Shown here piece by piece: positions 36,375-47,385 of a DNA stretch of 64,000 nt (position 1 is its first letter; each line of letters begins with the position of its first letter). Source of the stretch: an uncultured delta proteobacterium (GTDB lineage Bacteria > Myxococcota > UBA727 > VGSZ01). The notes below the pieces were generated by a model. That model ran no database searches. It had not been told where the DNA came from and saw only the letters and a list, made by a program, of their open reading frames with translations. The stretch lies in the NCBI GenBank assembly GCA_963775425.1, contig CAVZJB010000008.1:256001-320000 (forward strand). The letters are read 5' to 3'. The translations under genes were made by a program, and so were the position numbers.

Positions 36375-36727
36375 CCCGGGCCGCGCCGTCCGCGCGCCCG
36401 GGCATCGGGCTCACCTTCGAGATCGAGATCCCGGACACGGACCTCGCGGCGGTGAACGGCGCGGTGGACCTCGTGGAGAACGACATCCGCGGCACGGTGA
36501 CCATCGACGGCGACGTCGTCGAGGTCGGCGGCGCGTTGAACCCCGACTACGACCGCGAGGCGCTCGACGCGAGCTGGGCTTGCAACCAGCCCGCCGCCAC
36601 CGGCTGCTCCTCGAGCGGCGTGCCCGCGCCCGTCGCCGCCGCTGCGGCGCTCGCGCTCGGCCTCGCGCGTCGCCGGCGGCGCTCGCGGCCTACGCGCGTC
36701 GCCGCCCCGCGCCGCGCGGGGAGCTGA
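36371..36727 (+). pseudogene. Probable C-terminal remnant of a MYXO-CTERM-anchored protein
   Basis: Ends TGCSSSGVPAPVAAAAALALGLARRRRR but has no signal peptide. Confidence 0.5.
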
Positions 36728-36730
36728 GCT

Positions 36731-37675
36731 TCACCAGAGGTTGCCGGGCCCGCCGGGCGCGTAGTTCTTGTCGTAGAACTTCCGGTACGCGCCGCCGTAG
36801 TAGTCACGGTAGTTGGTGCCGGCGGGCTGGCCCGACGGCCGCAAGTGCGCGTAGCGCTCGACGAGCGCGTCGTGCGAAGGGAACGGCTTGGCGGTGTCCA
36901 CGCCGGCGACGCCGATGTCGTTCCCGGTCTTGCTCAGCACCTCGTCGCGGATCTTCTTGTTGATCTCGGTGGCGTGGGCTTCGTCGCCGAGGTTGCGGTT
37001 GGTGTTGGCGGCGACATAGTTGCGCTCGCGCCAGGCCTCGATGGTCCGGTCCGACTTCCCGGGGTTGTCGCCGAGGCCGGGCTTCACCAAACCGGGGGCA
37101 CCGCTGCGCGCGTAGTCGAAGTGACCGAGCTCATGGGCGATGGTCTCCTTGTGATCCGCCTCCGAGGTCGCGGTCCCGTGGCTGCGGGTCATGATTGCGA
37201 TCTGCGGCGGGTGACCGTCCTTGAAGAAACCGCTGTCCCCACCGTCGGTGAGCTTGCCGCCCTCGGCGCGGAACCTGGCGAGGAGCGCCTTGGCCGTCGG
37301 GGAGTCCGCGGCGAGCTTGTCGGCGGTGGCGTTGAACTTCTTCTCGAGCGCCGCCTGTCGCGCGGCCGCCGTGTTGGGCGCCGCCGTCACCGCCGCCCCG
37401 GACGACGGGCCGGTCGCGGCGGAGGGGCTCGGCGCGGCCGGCATCGCCGGGTCCGTCGACGACGGCGCCCGGGCGGCGAATTGCCGGAAGCGTTGCCCCG
37501 CCGCCTGCTGGACCGAGGCGGTTGCCTGCACGTTCGCGGGATCGAGCGGGGGCTTCTGGCTCGGTTGCTGCGCGAGCTGCTGGCCGACCGCTTGCGACGC
37601 CGCGGTGTCGTTCACCTTGGGCGGCGGCGGGGGCGGCGGCGGCGGCGGCTTCTGCGGGGAGATCTCGTCTGCCAT
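36731..37675 (-). CDS. Putative zinc metallopeptidase effector/toxin-like protein (HExxH) with low-complexity N-terminus
   Basis: MADEISPQKPPPPPPPPPP; TIAHELGHFDY; downstream DEAHAT..KIRDEV..DIGVAG; upstream GGAG SD. Confidence 0.65.
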   Translation of the reverse strand: MADEISPQKPPPPPPPPPPKVNDTAASQAVGQQLAQQPSQKPPLDPANVQATASVQQAAGQRFRQFAARAPSSTDPAMPAAPSPSAATGPSSGAAVTAAPNTAAARQAALEKKFNATADKLAADSPTAKALLARFRAEGGKLTDGGDSGFFKDGHPPQIAIMTRSHGTATSEADHKETIAHELGHFDYARSGAPGLVKPGLGDNPGKSDRTIEAWRERNYVAANTNRNLGDEAHATEINKKIRDEVLSKTGNDIGVAGVDTAKPFPSHDALVERYAHLRPSGQPAGTNYRDYYGGAYRKFYDKNYAPGGPGNLW

Positions 37676-37820
37676 GTGTGCTCCAGGGGACGGTGAGGTT
37701 GTCGGCATACAGGTTCCGCCGCGCACCTCGGTCGCCGCGTGGATGCGAGCGCGGCGCACAGGAGCGCCGGCGCCGCGCGGGCATCGGTCGAACGTCCCCC
37801 CGCCCGGGGTAGGCTGCGCC

Positions 37821-38051
37821 GTGCCCGCGAAAGAGCCGCTCACGCGCACGACCAAGCTCATCGCCGCCGTCGCCGTCGGCGTCTTCGCGCTCGCGCTGAT
37901 CGCCGCCGCGCTGGTGGTCCTGTCGCTGATCCCCACGGACACCGCGCGGCTCGCCCGGCAGGCGCCGCCGTTTTCCACGGGCGCGGTGAAGGCGGCGCCG
38001 GGGTGTCCGCTCACGGAGATCGTCGCCCGAGCGCGAGCTGCGCGGTGGTGA
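37821..38051 (+). CDS. Short membrane-anchored ORF, possibly a truncated 5' gene fragment
   Basis: One strong TM ([22 protein letters not shown]); runs into the AKR remnant. Confidence 0.35.
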   Translation: MPAKEPLTRTTKLIAAVAVGVFALALIAAALVVLSLIPTDTARLARQAPPFSTGAVKAAPGCPLTEIVARARAARW

Positions 38052-38313
38052 CGCCCTCTTGCTCGGCGAGCTCGGCGACGGCGTCCACCAGACGCAGGTT
38101 CTTCGCGAAGTTCTCGCCCTGAAAGCGCGGCGAGTGACGGCGGTAGTCGTCTTCCGGGATGTCCTCGTAGCGGCGGATGGCGCCGGACAGGAAGCCGCGA
38201 CCGAGGGGGCTGTAGGCGACGAAGCCGATGCCGAGCTCCCGGCACGTGGCGAGCACGCCGTCCTCGGGGTCGCGCGTCCACAGCGAGTACTCCGACTGCA
38301 GCGCCGCGATGGG
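38029..38313 (-). pseudogene. Internal fragment of an aldo/keto reductase
   Basis: [48 protein letters not shown]; N- and C-termini absent. Confidence 0.85.
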
Positions 38314-38402
38314 GTCGCTTCCGTCTGTTTTGTCCCAGGTCGCCACGTTCGCGGCCTCCCGGCGACAGCGGCGCCGCGCGCGCCGTAAGGTGACCGCGCG
38401 CC

Positions 38403-40355
38403 ATGTTTGTCCCGGCCCTCCTGGTCGCTGCCGCTGCACCGCAGACGCCGACGCCGTTTCCTCGCGATGTCGTGGTGCCGACGCCCACCGAGGCCATCGG
38501 CCTCGGTGAGATCTACGCCGTGCGCGGCGGCAAGCTGTGGATGAAGCGGGCGGCGGGCTCCTGGGAGCTCTATGGCGGCACGGGCGCTCCGCCAGGGACG
38601 GATCACCCCGTCATCGCCGTCTTTGCCGATGAGGACGAGCACTTCACGGTGGTCACCGACGACCTGCTGATGCACCACCACGAAAATGGCGCGTGGGACT
38701 CCCTTTGGGGCCTGCCGTCGCTGCCGCCGGTGCGCGGCCCGCTCGCCTTGCCGTTCGCCACCGCGTCGCTGCGGCCGGGGCGCGCGGCGTACAGCATGCG
38801 CCAGAAGAACGTGCTGTTCTACGAGGACCGAAACGGTGCCCAGTTCTTCTGGGGCGACGCCGGCACCACGTCGCTGTTCGTGCTCACGGACGACGGGCGC
38901 CGCATCCTGTTCGGCGATCCGTGGTTGCCGCCGGACTTCTCGCGCGAGATCTGCGCGCCCGAGCGCGGCGGCTTTGTCATGGCGTCGGTGGCGGCCAGCG
39001 CGTCCATGCTCTTCGTCATCGGCGTCGACGGCTCGATGTTCACCCGCTTCGAGGACTACGACCACGACGGCGGCACGCCGCTGTTTTCATACGACTACCG
39101 CCCCGAGCGCTCCGCGCGGCCGCCGCCCGTCGGGCGCGCGGGCACCGACCCGCTCTCGGCGGCGCAGACGCGCGGGCTCCCCGCCGACGACTGGCACGCG
39201 CAGCCCCCGGTCGCGCTCTCGGGGAAGGCGCGGCTGAGCCGGAACATCGCCATCGTGCAGACCGGCAGGGGCAACGCCGCGCGCGAGCTGCGCGTCGCCG
39301 GCGACGACGCCGACGGCCGCCGCGGCGTGTACGCAAAGCCGCTCGACGCGGCGCGATGGACGTTTCGCCCCGCGGGCGACGGCGCCCTCGACGCGGGGCT
39401 CGACGTCGCGGCCGGCGCCTGGCTCGATCCGCGCGCGCAGGCGCACGCGGCGGCGCCGTCGGTCTCGTACGGCGGCTTCCTGCGCATGGCGTCGTCCTCG
39501 GTGAGCGGCGCCCGGCGTGCGCGCGGGAAGATCCGCGCGTACGGCGTCACCGACGACTTTGCCTTTCACTGCTCACCGTTTCACCTCACGCTCGACGTCG
39601 GCGGCGTCGACGTGCCGCTGCTGGTGCACGCGGTGGACGCGTGGACGCTCTTTTCCGAGAGAGATCCCGTCGACGACGACACCGCCGGCAAGCGCTACAA
39701 GATCACGCTCTTCCTCGACGAGCCCGCCGGCGCGGCGCCGCTCCCCGCGGAGACCCGCGCGGCGCTCGATGATCTGTTTCGCGGCGCCCTCGGCCGGCCC
39801 TTCGCCTTCGCCGGCGTGGCCAACCAGCACGAGCTGGTCATCGTGCCGGTGAGCTATCCCCTCGACGTGGCCCGCGCGCGTTGGTCCCTGGTGATGCGCT
39901 CGAACCCGGCGGAGCGGGCGCTCGCCGTGGTGCCGCTCCACCCCGCGTCGCACCTCGCCGCGCGCATCCTCGCGGCCGGCGGCGCCGGCGCCGGCGCGAC
40001 GCTCGCCGACGTCCGCCGCGACGGGAGCGGGTGCCGCCCCGCCGTGCACGCGCGCGCCGCGCGGGCGCTCGTCGCCGTGCGCGCCGCCCGCGACGAGGCC
40101 GAGCGCCGCTTGCTGCTGTCCCGCGCGCTCGAGGCCGCGCTGCCGTCGGGCACCGCCGTCGTCGACGTCGGCACCGTCGTCACGTCGCTGCGCTTCACGT
40201 GGCCGCTCACCGGTTGGCTCGACAGCCTCGAGCTGCACCTGCCCGCGGTGCTGGGCGCGCCCGTGCTCGCGTACGAGCGCTTCGTCGACGGCTCGCGCGC
40301 GGACTTCGACGCCACCGAGCACGCGCTCGCCGCGTGCGCGGGAGCTGCGTCGTGA
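38403..40355 (+). CDS. Secreted hypothetical protein (650 aa)
   Basis: Signal-like [12 protein letters not shown]; aromatic-rich globular sequence; GTGA overlap with the next gene. Confidence 0.75.
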   Translation: MFVPALLVAAAAPQTPTPFPRDVVVPTPTEAIGLGEIYAVRGGKLWMKRAAGSWELYGGTGAPPGTDHPVIAVFADEDEHFTVVTDDLLMHHHENGAWDSLWGLPSLPPVRGPLALPFATASLRPGRAAYSMRQKNVLFYEDRNGAQFFWGDAGTTSLFVLTDDGRRILFGDPWLPPDFSREICAPERGGFVMASVAASASMLFVIGVDGSMFTRFEDYDHDGGTPLFSYDYRPERSARPPPVGRAGTDPLSAAQTRGLPADDWHAQPPVALSGKARLSRNIAIVQTGRGNAARELRVAGDDADGRRGVYAKPLDAARWTFRPAGDGALDAGLDVAAGAWLDPRAQAHAAAPSVSYGGFLRMASSSVSGARRARGKIRAYGVTDDFAFHCSPFHLTLDVGGVDVPLLVHAVDAWTLFSERDPVDDDTAGKRYKITLFLDEPAGAAPLPAETRAALDDLFRGALGRPFAFAGVANQHELVIVPVSYPLDVARARWSLVMRSNPAERALAVVPLHPASHLAARILAAGGAGAGATLADVRRDGSGCRPAVHARAARALVAVRAARDEAERRLLLSRALEAALPSGTAVVDVGTVVTSLRFTWPLTGWLDSLELHLPAVLGAPVLAYERFVDGSRADFDATEHALAACAGAAS

Positions 40356-42142
40356 GCGCCCCCGCCGCGAGCCAAGGCGCCCGAGCGCGGCTGCCAGACC
40401 GCTTCGCGGGCCTCCTCGGCGGCGCGTTCGACGACGAGGCCCGCGCCGCGTTCGGCCGCAGCGTCATCGACAGCAACAACGTCCGCCTGCGGGTGCTCTT
40501 GCCCCTGATGGCGGTGGTGCATGTGGCGCACACGCTGCTCTATTGGGTGTCACCCGCCGAGCGCGCCACGCTCGCGCCCACCGTCGCCCTCTGGCGCGAC
40601 GGCGTGGTGACGGCGCACCTCGCCACGCTCGTGCTCAACCTGGCGCTGGCGGCGCTGGCGTGGCTGCGCCCGCGGGCGAGCTCCGCGTGGCTGTACGGCC
40701 CTGCCGCCGCCACGCTGTATCTGGTCCACGGCGCGGCCTGCTCGGGCGTAGACCAGCTCGTGGTCATGAACGTCACGGCGTTCACGGGTTACGCGTTCGG
40801 CATCGCCGTGATCATCGCGCTCACGCCGTGGCAGACGGTGGTGTGCTACGGCATCGGCCTGGTGAGCGTCGTCGGCGCCGTCGGCGCGCTTCAGCCCGAC
40901 GTCAACATGCGCACGTCGGCGTTGGCCAACGCCGTGTCGCTCTCCGTGGCCGGCGTGGGCCTTGCCGTCATCCTGCACGGCAACCGCCGCCGCGACTTCG
41001 CGCAGCGCCGCACCATCGATCGCCAGCGCCAGGAGCTGCAGTCGTTGAACGCGGTCCTCGAGCGGCGCGTGCGGGAGCAGGTGGCCGAGATCGTCCAGCG
41101 CGCCGACGAGGTCGACGCGTTGAACACGCAGTTGCAGGCGCGCGTGCGCGATCGCTCGAACGAGCTGTCGCTGGCGCTCGCCCAGCTCGCCTCGCAGCGC
41201 GAGGCCGACGGTACGCTCAAGCCGGGCACGCTCCTCGCCGAGCGCTTCGAGATCGTGGAGCTGCTCGGGCAGGGCGGCATGGGCGCGGTCTACGCGGGCG
41301 TCGACAGGACCACGAGCGCGCGCGTGGCCGTCAAGGTCATCCAGGCCGCGTCGGCGCGACAGCTCGACGCCTTGCATCGCTTCCTCCTCGAGGCGCGCTC
41401 CGCTGCCACCATCGCGCACGCGGCGGTGGTGCGGGTGCTCCACGTCGACATCTCCGACGATGGCCTGCTGTTCCAGGTGCAAGAGCTCGTCGACGGCGAG
41501 ACGCTCGAGGGCTGGCTGCGCCGCAAGGAGGCGGTGCCCGCGGGTGTCGTCGCGCGGGTCGGCGCCGTGCTGTGCGAGGCGCTGGCGGCGGCGCATGAAG
41601 CGGGCGTCATCCATCGCGACGTCAAGCCGAGCAACGTGATGCTGACGTCGGCGGCGCCGCACGTGAAGCTCCTCGACTTCGGCATCGCCAAGCTCTCGGA
41701 GCGTCACGACACCAGGGACACGGAGCGCACGGGGACCGGCTTCTTCCTCGGGACGCCCGCGTACATGGCCCCGGAGCAGAAGGAGGGCGCCGCCGACGTC
41801 ACCGACCGCGCCGACGTCTACGCCGTCGGCGTCGTGCTCTTCCGCATGCTCACGCGGCGGCTGCCCACGGAGAAGGAGACCGCGCGCGCGCGCGGCGGCG
41901 AGCCTGACACGGCGCCTGACCAGACGGGCCTCGCGGGGCTCGTCGACGCCAAGGTCGCGCACGTCGTCGGCGCTTGCCTCACCCTCGACCCCGCGGCGCG
42001 CCCGAGCGCCCGGGTCCTGGCCGCGGAGCTCGCGGCGCTCGCCGAGGAGGCGCACGCCGCGCCGCTCACGTCGCTCGATCTGGGTGGCGCCGCGCCGGCC
42101 CTCGAGTCGATCACCCAGACCACCTGGCAGCGCCGCACCTGA
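40352..42142 (+). CDS. Ser/Thr protein kinase with N-terminal multi-TM sensor and coiled coil
   Basis: About 6 TMs; LNAVLERRVREQ coiled coil; LGQGGMGAVY, HRDVKPSN, DFG, GTPAYMAPE. Confidence 0.9.
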   Translation: MSAPAASQGARARLPDRFAGLLGGAFDDEARAAFGRSVIDSNNVRLRVLLPLMAVVHVAHTLLYWVSPAERATLAPTVALWRDGVVTAHLATLVLNLALAALAWLRPRASSAWLYGPAAATLYLVHGAACSGVDQLVVMNVTAFTGYAFGIAVIIALTPWQTVVCYGIGLVSVVGAVGALQPDVNMRTSALANAVSLSVAGVGLAVILHGNRRRDFAQRRTIDRQRQELQSLNAVLERRVREQVAEIVQRADEVDALNTQLQARVRDRSNELSLALAQLASQREADGTLKPGTLLAERFEIVELLGQGGMGAVYAGVDRTTSARVAVKVIQAASARQLDALHRFLLEARSAATIAHAAVVRVLHVDISDDGLLFQVQELVDGETLEGWLRRKEAVPAGVVARVGAVLCEALAAAHEAGVIHRDVKPSNVMLTSAAPHVKLLDFGIAKLSERHDTRDTERTGTGFFLGTPAYMAPEQKEGAADVTDRADVYAVGVVLFRMLTRRLPTEKETARARGGEPDTAPDQTGLAGLVDAKVAHVVGACLTLDPAARPSARVLAAELAALAEEAHAAPLTSLDLGGAAPALESITQTTWQRRT

Positions 42143-42295
42143 CCGGGTGATCGAGACGCACGTCGCGCAAAGGAGGCGCTCCGCGCGGCCGCCCGCGCGC
42201 CCTCGGGCGAGCGGGAGCGCGGCCGCACATCGGGCTGCTGGAGAAGTGATCCGCATAGCGAACAGGGTCAGTGCCGGCACGCGCGGTGGTCCCGC

Positions 42296-42356
42296 CGCCG
42301 GTGCGCTGACACCGCTCCATCTTCCGCTTCGACGTCTCGGTGTCAGCGCACCGGCG
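42296..42356. repeat. Perfect 19-bp inverted repeat with 23-nt loop
   Basis: CGCCGGTGCGCTGACACCG ... CGGTGTCAGCGCACCGGCG. Confidence 0.85.
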
Positions 42357-42408
42357 ACGGGCCTGGCGCGCGTGCGGGCACGCCCGCCGCTTCGCGCGCA
42401 TCGACGAC

Positions 42409-42473
42409 GTGCGGGCGGCCCTCCGCGCCGAGTGCTTGGCCGACCCATTTGTCTTTGCGGTTCGACTCTCTAG
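42409..42473 (-). mobile_element. Right copy of CTAG-terminated IS-end/MITE-like inverted repeat
   Basis: ...CCGAGTGCTTGGCCGACCCATTTGTCTTTGCGGTTCGACTCTCTAG, inverted partner of 34062-34125. Confidence 0.7.
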
Positions 42474-42483
42474 GCTCGCGACC

Positions 42484-42667
42484 GTGGGCGCCGGCTCCCC
42501 GCCCGACCTCGTCGCACGGCTGGCGCTCGTTCGCCCGTCGCTCGCGCGCTTGTCGTCGTACCTCGAATTCATCGGGGAGATGCGCGTCGGTCTTCGCCGA
42601 ACAGGTGCAGCGGGAGACGTGCCGGTATTGGATTGACGTCGAGGGCGCGCGCCGACCCGCGCATTGA
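42484..42667 (+). pseudogene. Probable internally deleted GNAT acetyltransferase (N- and C-terminal stubs joined out of frame)
   Basis: LALVRPSLARLSSYLEFIGEMR in one frame and RETCRYWIDV in another; these resemble the termini of a common GNAT subfamily (recall). Confidence 0.4.
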
Positions 42668-42767
42668 CCCGCGCCCGCCCGGCCCCGGTCCCCCCCGCGG
42701 GGCCCCTGTGCGGTTCCTCACGTTGCCCCCTCGACGGGGCGCTCCCGGTCCGACAGGATCATCCCAG

Positions 42768-43763
42768 GTGGACGTCCCCGACATCCTGCAAGAGCTCGTC
42801 AACGAAGGTGTCATCGATGACGTGCGCGCCCGCTTGATGTCGGGCAAGGAAGCTTCGGTCTTCGTCGTCTCTCGTGGCGACGAGCTGCTCGCGGCCAAGG
42901 TCTACAAGGCGCGCAACCAGCGGACCTTCAAGGCGACGTCGAGCTACACCGAGGGCCGTAACCAGACGCGCAACACGCGCGACAAGCGCGCGATGAACAA
43001 GCGCACGAGCTACGGCAAGGAGCTCGCGGAGGCGAGCTGGCGCGAGATGGAGTACCAGGCGCTGTGCAACGCGTTCCACGCGGGCGTGCGCGTCCCCGAG
43101 CCGCTGCTCCTGTACGAAAACGCCTTGTTGATCGAGCTGCTCGTCGACGAGCAGGGGGCGCCGGCGCCGCGCCTCGCCGACTTCGATCTCACGCCCGAGG
43201 TGGCCACGCTCCTGCACCGTGAGATCTACGGGCAGGCGCGCCTGCTCCTGCGCGCAGGTCTCATCCACGGCGACCTCTCGGCGTTCAACATCCTCATCGC
43301 GCGCGGTGGGCCCACCCTCATCGACATGCCGCAGGTGGTGGACGCGTCCACGAACAACAACGCGCCGGCCATCCTGCAGCGCGACCTGCAGAACGTCACG
43401 GAGCACCTCGCGCGCTTCGACGCGCGCCTGCTGCGCTTTCGCGATTGCGGATCGGCGCTGTGGCAGCACTACCGTCGCGGCGACCTCGACCGTGCGCTCG
43501 AGCCCGAGGAGGGCGGCGTGCGTCGTCACGATGCCCGCGGACACCGAGGGCGCCGCGCCCGCGACGCCGAGCGCAACCGCGCGGGGCGCGGGGCGCATGA
43601 TCCGCGGCCGGCGCAGCACGCGCCCCGCGACGCGGCGCCTCCGCGCGACCCGCGGCCGCCCCACGCTCCACCCCGGCAACAGCACCCGCAGCGCAACAAC
43701 CGCCGCCCGCAGAAGCCGGGCCCGGTCATCGAGCGCGTCCCGTCATCTCCCCGCGATTGCTGA
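42768..43763 (+). CDS. RIO1-family atypical Ser kinase
   Basis: LMSGKEASV, AAKVYK, HGDLSAFNIL, IDMPQ; disordered basic C-terminal tail. Confidence 0.92.
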   Translation: MDVPDILQELVNEGVIDDVRARLMSGKEASVFVVSRGDELLAAKVYKARNQRTFKATSSYTEGRNQTRNTRDKRAMNKRTSYGKELAEASWREMEYQALCNAFHAGVRVPEPLLLYENALLIELLVDEQGAPAPRLADFDLTPEVATLLHREIYGQARLLLRAGLIHGDLSAFNILIARGGPTLIDMPQVVDASTNNNAPAILQRDLQNVTEHLARFDARLLRFRDCGSALWQHYRRGDLDRALEPEEGGVRRHDARGHRGRRARDAERNRAGRGAHDPRPAQHAPRDAAPPRDPRPPHAPPRQQHPQRNNRRPQKPGPVIERVPSSPRDC

Positions 43764-43903
43764 AGCGGCGACAGGATCCGGGCGCGAACGTGGCGTCGCC
43801 GTCGCGGCTGCGCCGAGGCCCAGGTCACCGGCGCCGGTGACGGGAGCAGGCTCAGGGCGCCCCGAGCTTGTCGGCGTGCGCGCCGCGGGCGAGCATCGAT
43901 GCC

Positions 43904-46697
43904 ATGCCGATATCGCTGCGCTCTTCCGCGGCTGTCTGCCTCGCGCTCGCCGCCGCCGCTTCGCCTTCGTGCAACTGCGGAGACGACGCTCTCGTCAAGC
44001 TGGTGGTGCTCGGCGCCGTACAGCCGAGCCTCGACTTCGGCCAGCGTTTCGTCGGGTCGTCGACGCAGGCGACGGTGACCGTCGGCAGCCAGGGGACGGC
44101 GCCGCTCGACCTCAGCGACGCATCGGTGGCGGGCGGCGGCTTCACCATCGTCGGCGCGGCGCCGATCGGGGACATTGCGCCCGGCGACAGCGCAGAGGTC
44201 GTCGTCGAGCTCGAATCCGACCGTGGCGGGCCCCGCTTCCGGCTCGCTCACCATCACCACCAACGCGAGCAACGGACCCGTCTTCACCGTCGCTCTTACC
44301 GGCGAGGGGCTCGCGCCGCTCGAGTGCCCGCCCGACGAGGCGTGCAAGCAGCTCACGTTCGATCCGGACACGGGCACCTGCGTGATCGAGATCCGCACGG
44401 GCGCGTGCGACGACGGATCCGTGTGCACGACCCAAGATCACTGCGACCAGGGCTCATGCGTCGGCGAGGCCGTCCAGTGCCCCACGGAGGGGGAGTGCGG
44501 GCGCGGGGTGTGCGACGCGCAGCTCGGCTGCCTGGCCATCCCCGACGCCGACCTCTGCGACGACGGGCAGCCCTGCACCGTCGAGAGCTGCGACGCCGAC
44601 CTCGGGTGCACGCACCTCACGCTCGCTGACGGCGCGCCCTGCGGCCACTTCGACACGTGCCACGTCGGCACGTGCAGCGCGGGCTCGTGCATCGTCAGCA
44701 CCCTGCCAGACGGCGCGGCTTGCGACGACGGGCTCCTGTGCACCGCCGACGACCAGTGCCGTTCCGGCGCCTGCGGCGGCGTCCGCGGCGAGACCACGCC
44801 GGTGCCCGCGGCGGTGTCGAGCGCGTTCGGCTTCGGCGAGGCGTTCATGATGCCCGACATCGAAGGTGCACCCGACGACGTCGCGTTCCTCTTCACGGAG
44901 TCGCACCTGGTGCGCGCGCAGGGCGGAGCGCTCGCTCTCGTCGACACGGCGCCCGGCCCGCCGAGCGCCGCCGACAGCGTGCAGGTCGTCGCCACGTCGT
45001 TCGGCGCCGTCGGCGCGGCCTTCGGCTCGCCGCTTCACGTCACCACCTACGGCGTCTCCGGCGCGACGTTCACCCCGCTCGGCGGCCTGGACCTGGCATC
45101 CGAGCTGAACGGCGTCCTCCTCGCCGCCGCCGGCGACCGCGCGTTCGCCGCCGGCGCCGACATCACCGCCATCGACATCACGAACCCGGCGGCGCCGCAC
45201 GTCACCGACGCCGTACCGGAGGCGGGCGTCGGCCTCGCCCTCCTCGCCGTGGGAGACCGCCTCTTCTACGGGCGCTTGGACGGCTTCACGATCTTCGACA
45301 CCAGCGCCGGGACGCTCGACGTGCTCTCCGACGACAGCGGCGGCGCGGCGATCGGCCTGGCGCTCTCGGACGCCGGGGTCCTCGCGCTCCGCTCCGACAC
45401 GCCAAACCGCGTCGTCGCCGATCGTGTCGACGTGCTCGACCCGGTGACCGGCGCCGTGACGTCGACGCTCGACGTCGCCGGCCGCAACGTCGCGGCCGTC
45501 GCGAGCCACGGGACCCGCGCGGCGCTGATGGGCGACAACGTCGAGCTCGTCGCGCTGCCTTCCGGGACCGTGCTCGCCAGCGCGCCGCTCTTTCCCGACT
45601 ACGTTCACGGACAGCCGGCGATGTCGTCGACGCTGCTGTTGGCGAACATCGACGGGTTGCCCGGGGCCCGTGCCTTCGACGTGTCGGGTGATGCCCTCGT
45701 GCCGCTTACGGCTCCGGGCTACGGCGCGCTCGGGCGCCTCACGCGGGCGGCGCCCGGCCTCGTCCTCGCCGCCAGTGCGTTGTCGGCCAGGCTCATCGAC
45801 GCCACGGATCCTGCCGGCCCGGCGTTCATCGGCGGCGGCAACCTGCCGTTTCGGGCGTCGCTCTTCCGGCTCGCCGGCGGCGACCTCGTCACGGCCCCGC
45901 CCGGCCTCGGCGACGCCTCCGGATCCTTCGGGCCGCTCACCATCGTCGACCTCACCGACGTCGACGCGCCGGTGCTCGAGTCGGCGCGTTCGCTCGCTGC
46001 TGCGCTCGACGGCCGGTTCCTGTTTGCGGCCGGCGGCATCGTCGTGTCGATCTCCGCCCGGCAGCCGGGGTTCGCGTGCGACATCGACTGCTCCATCCCG
46101 GGCGGCCGCGTGGTCGCCGAGGCGTTCGACGTCTCGACGTCGCCGCCGTTCCCCTATCCGCGGCTCGGCGGCGCCACGCTCGCGGTGGACGGCGTCATCG
46201 CGTTCTCCGATCTCACCACCGCGTTCGATCCCGCCACGCGTCGCATCGCGGCGGAGCTCGTCGCCGACAGCGACACCATCATCGTCGTCGACGCCGGCGA
46301 CCCTACGGCGCCGCGCATCTATCCGCCGTTGGCGGAGCCCGGCTCGTTCGTCGGGTCGAGGCTCGCTCTCCACGGCGATCGTCTCTACATCCTCACCGCG
46401 GCCGGTGTGGTCGTGGAGGACATCGGCGCCGACCTGACGGAGCTCGCCGACGCGAGCTGGGCGAGCCTCGGCCTCCCCACCGACATCGCCTTCCCCCTCG
46501 CCGTCGACGACGAGACGCTGGTGGTCGGCTTCGACGGCCACATCGGCTTCCTCTCGGTGGCGACGCTGCCGCCGCGGTTGATAGGCGATGTCGCCGTCCC
46601 GATCGCGCCGGTGCGGGCGACCGCCGACGGCGATCGCCTCGTCGTCAGCGACCTCGCCCAGATCATGACGCTGACACCCGCCTGTCCACCGCCCTAG
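43904..46697 (+). CDS. Secreted/lipoprotein with choice-of-anchor-D-like Ig domain, Cys-rich CDDGxxCT repeats and beta-propeller; +1 frameshift near 44212
   Basis: Signal ..SPSCNC and LDFG..VVVEL in frame 0, continuing NPTVAGPASGSLTITTN..VALTGEG in the +1 frame; CDDGSVCT, CDDGQPCT, CDDGLLCT. Confidence 0.78.
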
Positions 46698-46768
46698 CGC
46701 GCGCGGCCGGGCACCCGCTCGAGCATGCCGGTCCCATCACGCCGGGCCCCCGCACGGACGCGGATCCG

Positions 46769-46794
46769 TGTAATGCCGAGGCGCGCGCGGCGTT
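46769..46794 (+). promoter_or_regulatory. Candidate ECF-type autoregulatory promoter TGTAAT-N16-CGTT
   Basis: AT-richer -35-like and CGTT -10-like elements 16 bp apart, 21 nt upstream of the ECF sigma start. Confidence 0.5.
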
Positions 46795-46815
46795 CAACAC
46801 CGTGAAGGGGGCGCG

Positions 46816-47385
46816 ATGAGCACACAGGCGTGGCGGGCGGACGCAGAGGAGCTCACGCGGGTCGCCGCCGGCGACGACGGCGCCTTTCGCCGGCTCTATG
46901 ACGCCCATCACGGGCGCGTGGTCCGGCTCGCGTATGGCGTGTTGCAGGACCGCGAGCAGGCGCGCGACATCGCCCACGACGTCATGATCAAGCTCTTGCG
47001 GGCGGCGGCGGCGTGGGAGCCCCACGCCGCCGTGTCCACGTGGCTGCGTCGGGTGACGCTCAACGAGTGCCTCAGTTGGCGGCGGCGCCTGTTGCGCCGC
47101 CGCCGCCACGAGGACCCGGTGGATCCCGCCCCCGCCATCGACGCCACCGAGAGCGACGCGCCGTCTCCGCACGAGGTCGCCCAGGGCGTGGAGCGCAGGC
47201 GCTCCTTGCGGGCGGCGCTCGCCGGGCTGGCGCCGCGGGACCGCGCCATCGTGGTCCTTCACGTCGACGAGGGCATGGCCCCGCGGGAGATCGCAGCCAC
47301 GCTGAGCATGAACGACAACGCCGCGCGGGTCGCCCTGCACCGCGCGCTCACGCGGCTGCGCGCCGCGCTCGGAGCGACGCCATGA
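46816..47385 (+). CDS. ECF RNA polymerase sigma factor
   Basis: GDDGAFRRLY, ARDIAHDV, STWLRRVTLN, EIAATL..ARVALHRA..RLR. Confidence 0.93.
   Translation: MSTQAWRADAEELTRVAAGDDGAFRRLYDAHHGRVVRLAYGVLQDREQARDIAHDVMIKLLRAAAAWEPHAAVSTWLRRVTLNECLSWRRRLLRRRRHEDPVDPAPAIDATESDAPSPHEVAQGVERRRSLRAALAGLAPRDRAIVVLHVDEGMAPREIAATLSMNDNAARVALHRALTRLRAALGATP

Noticed and set aside
43824-43841. 18-bp perfect palindrome GTCACCGGCGCCGGTGAC
   Set aside because: Real but GC-rich and single; no function can be supported
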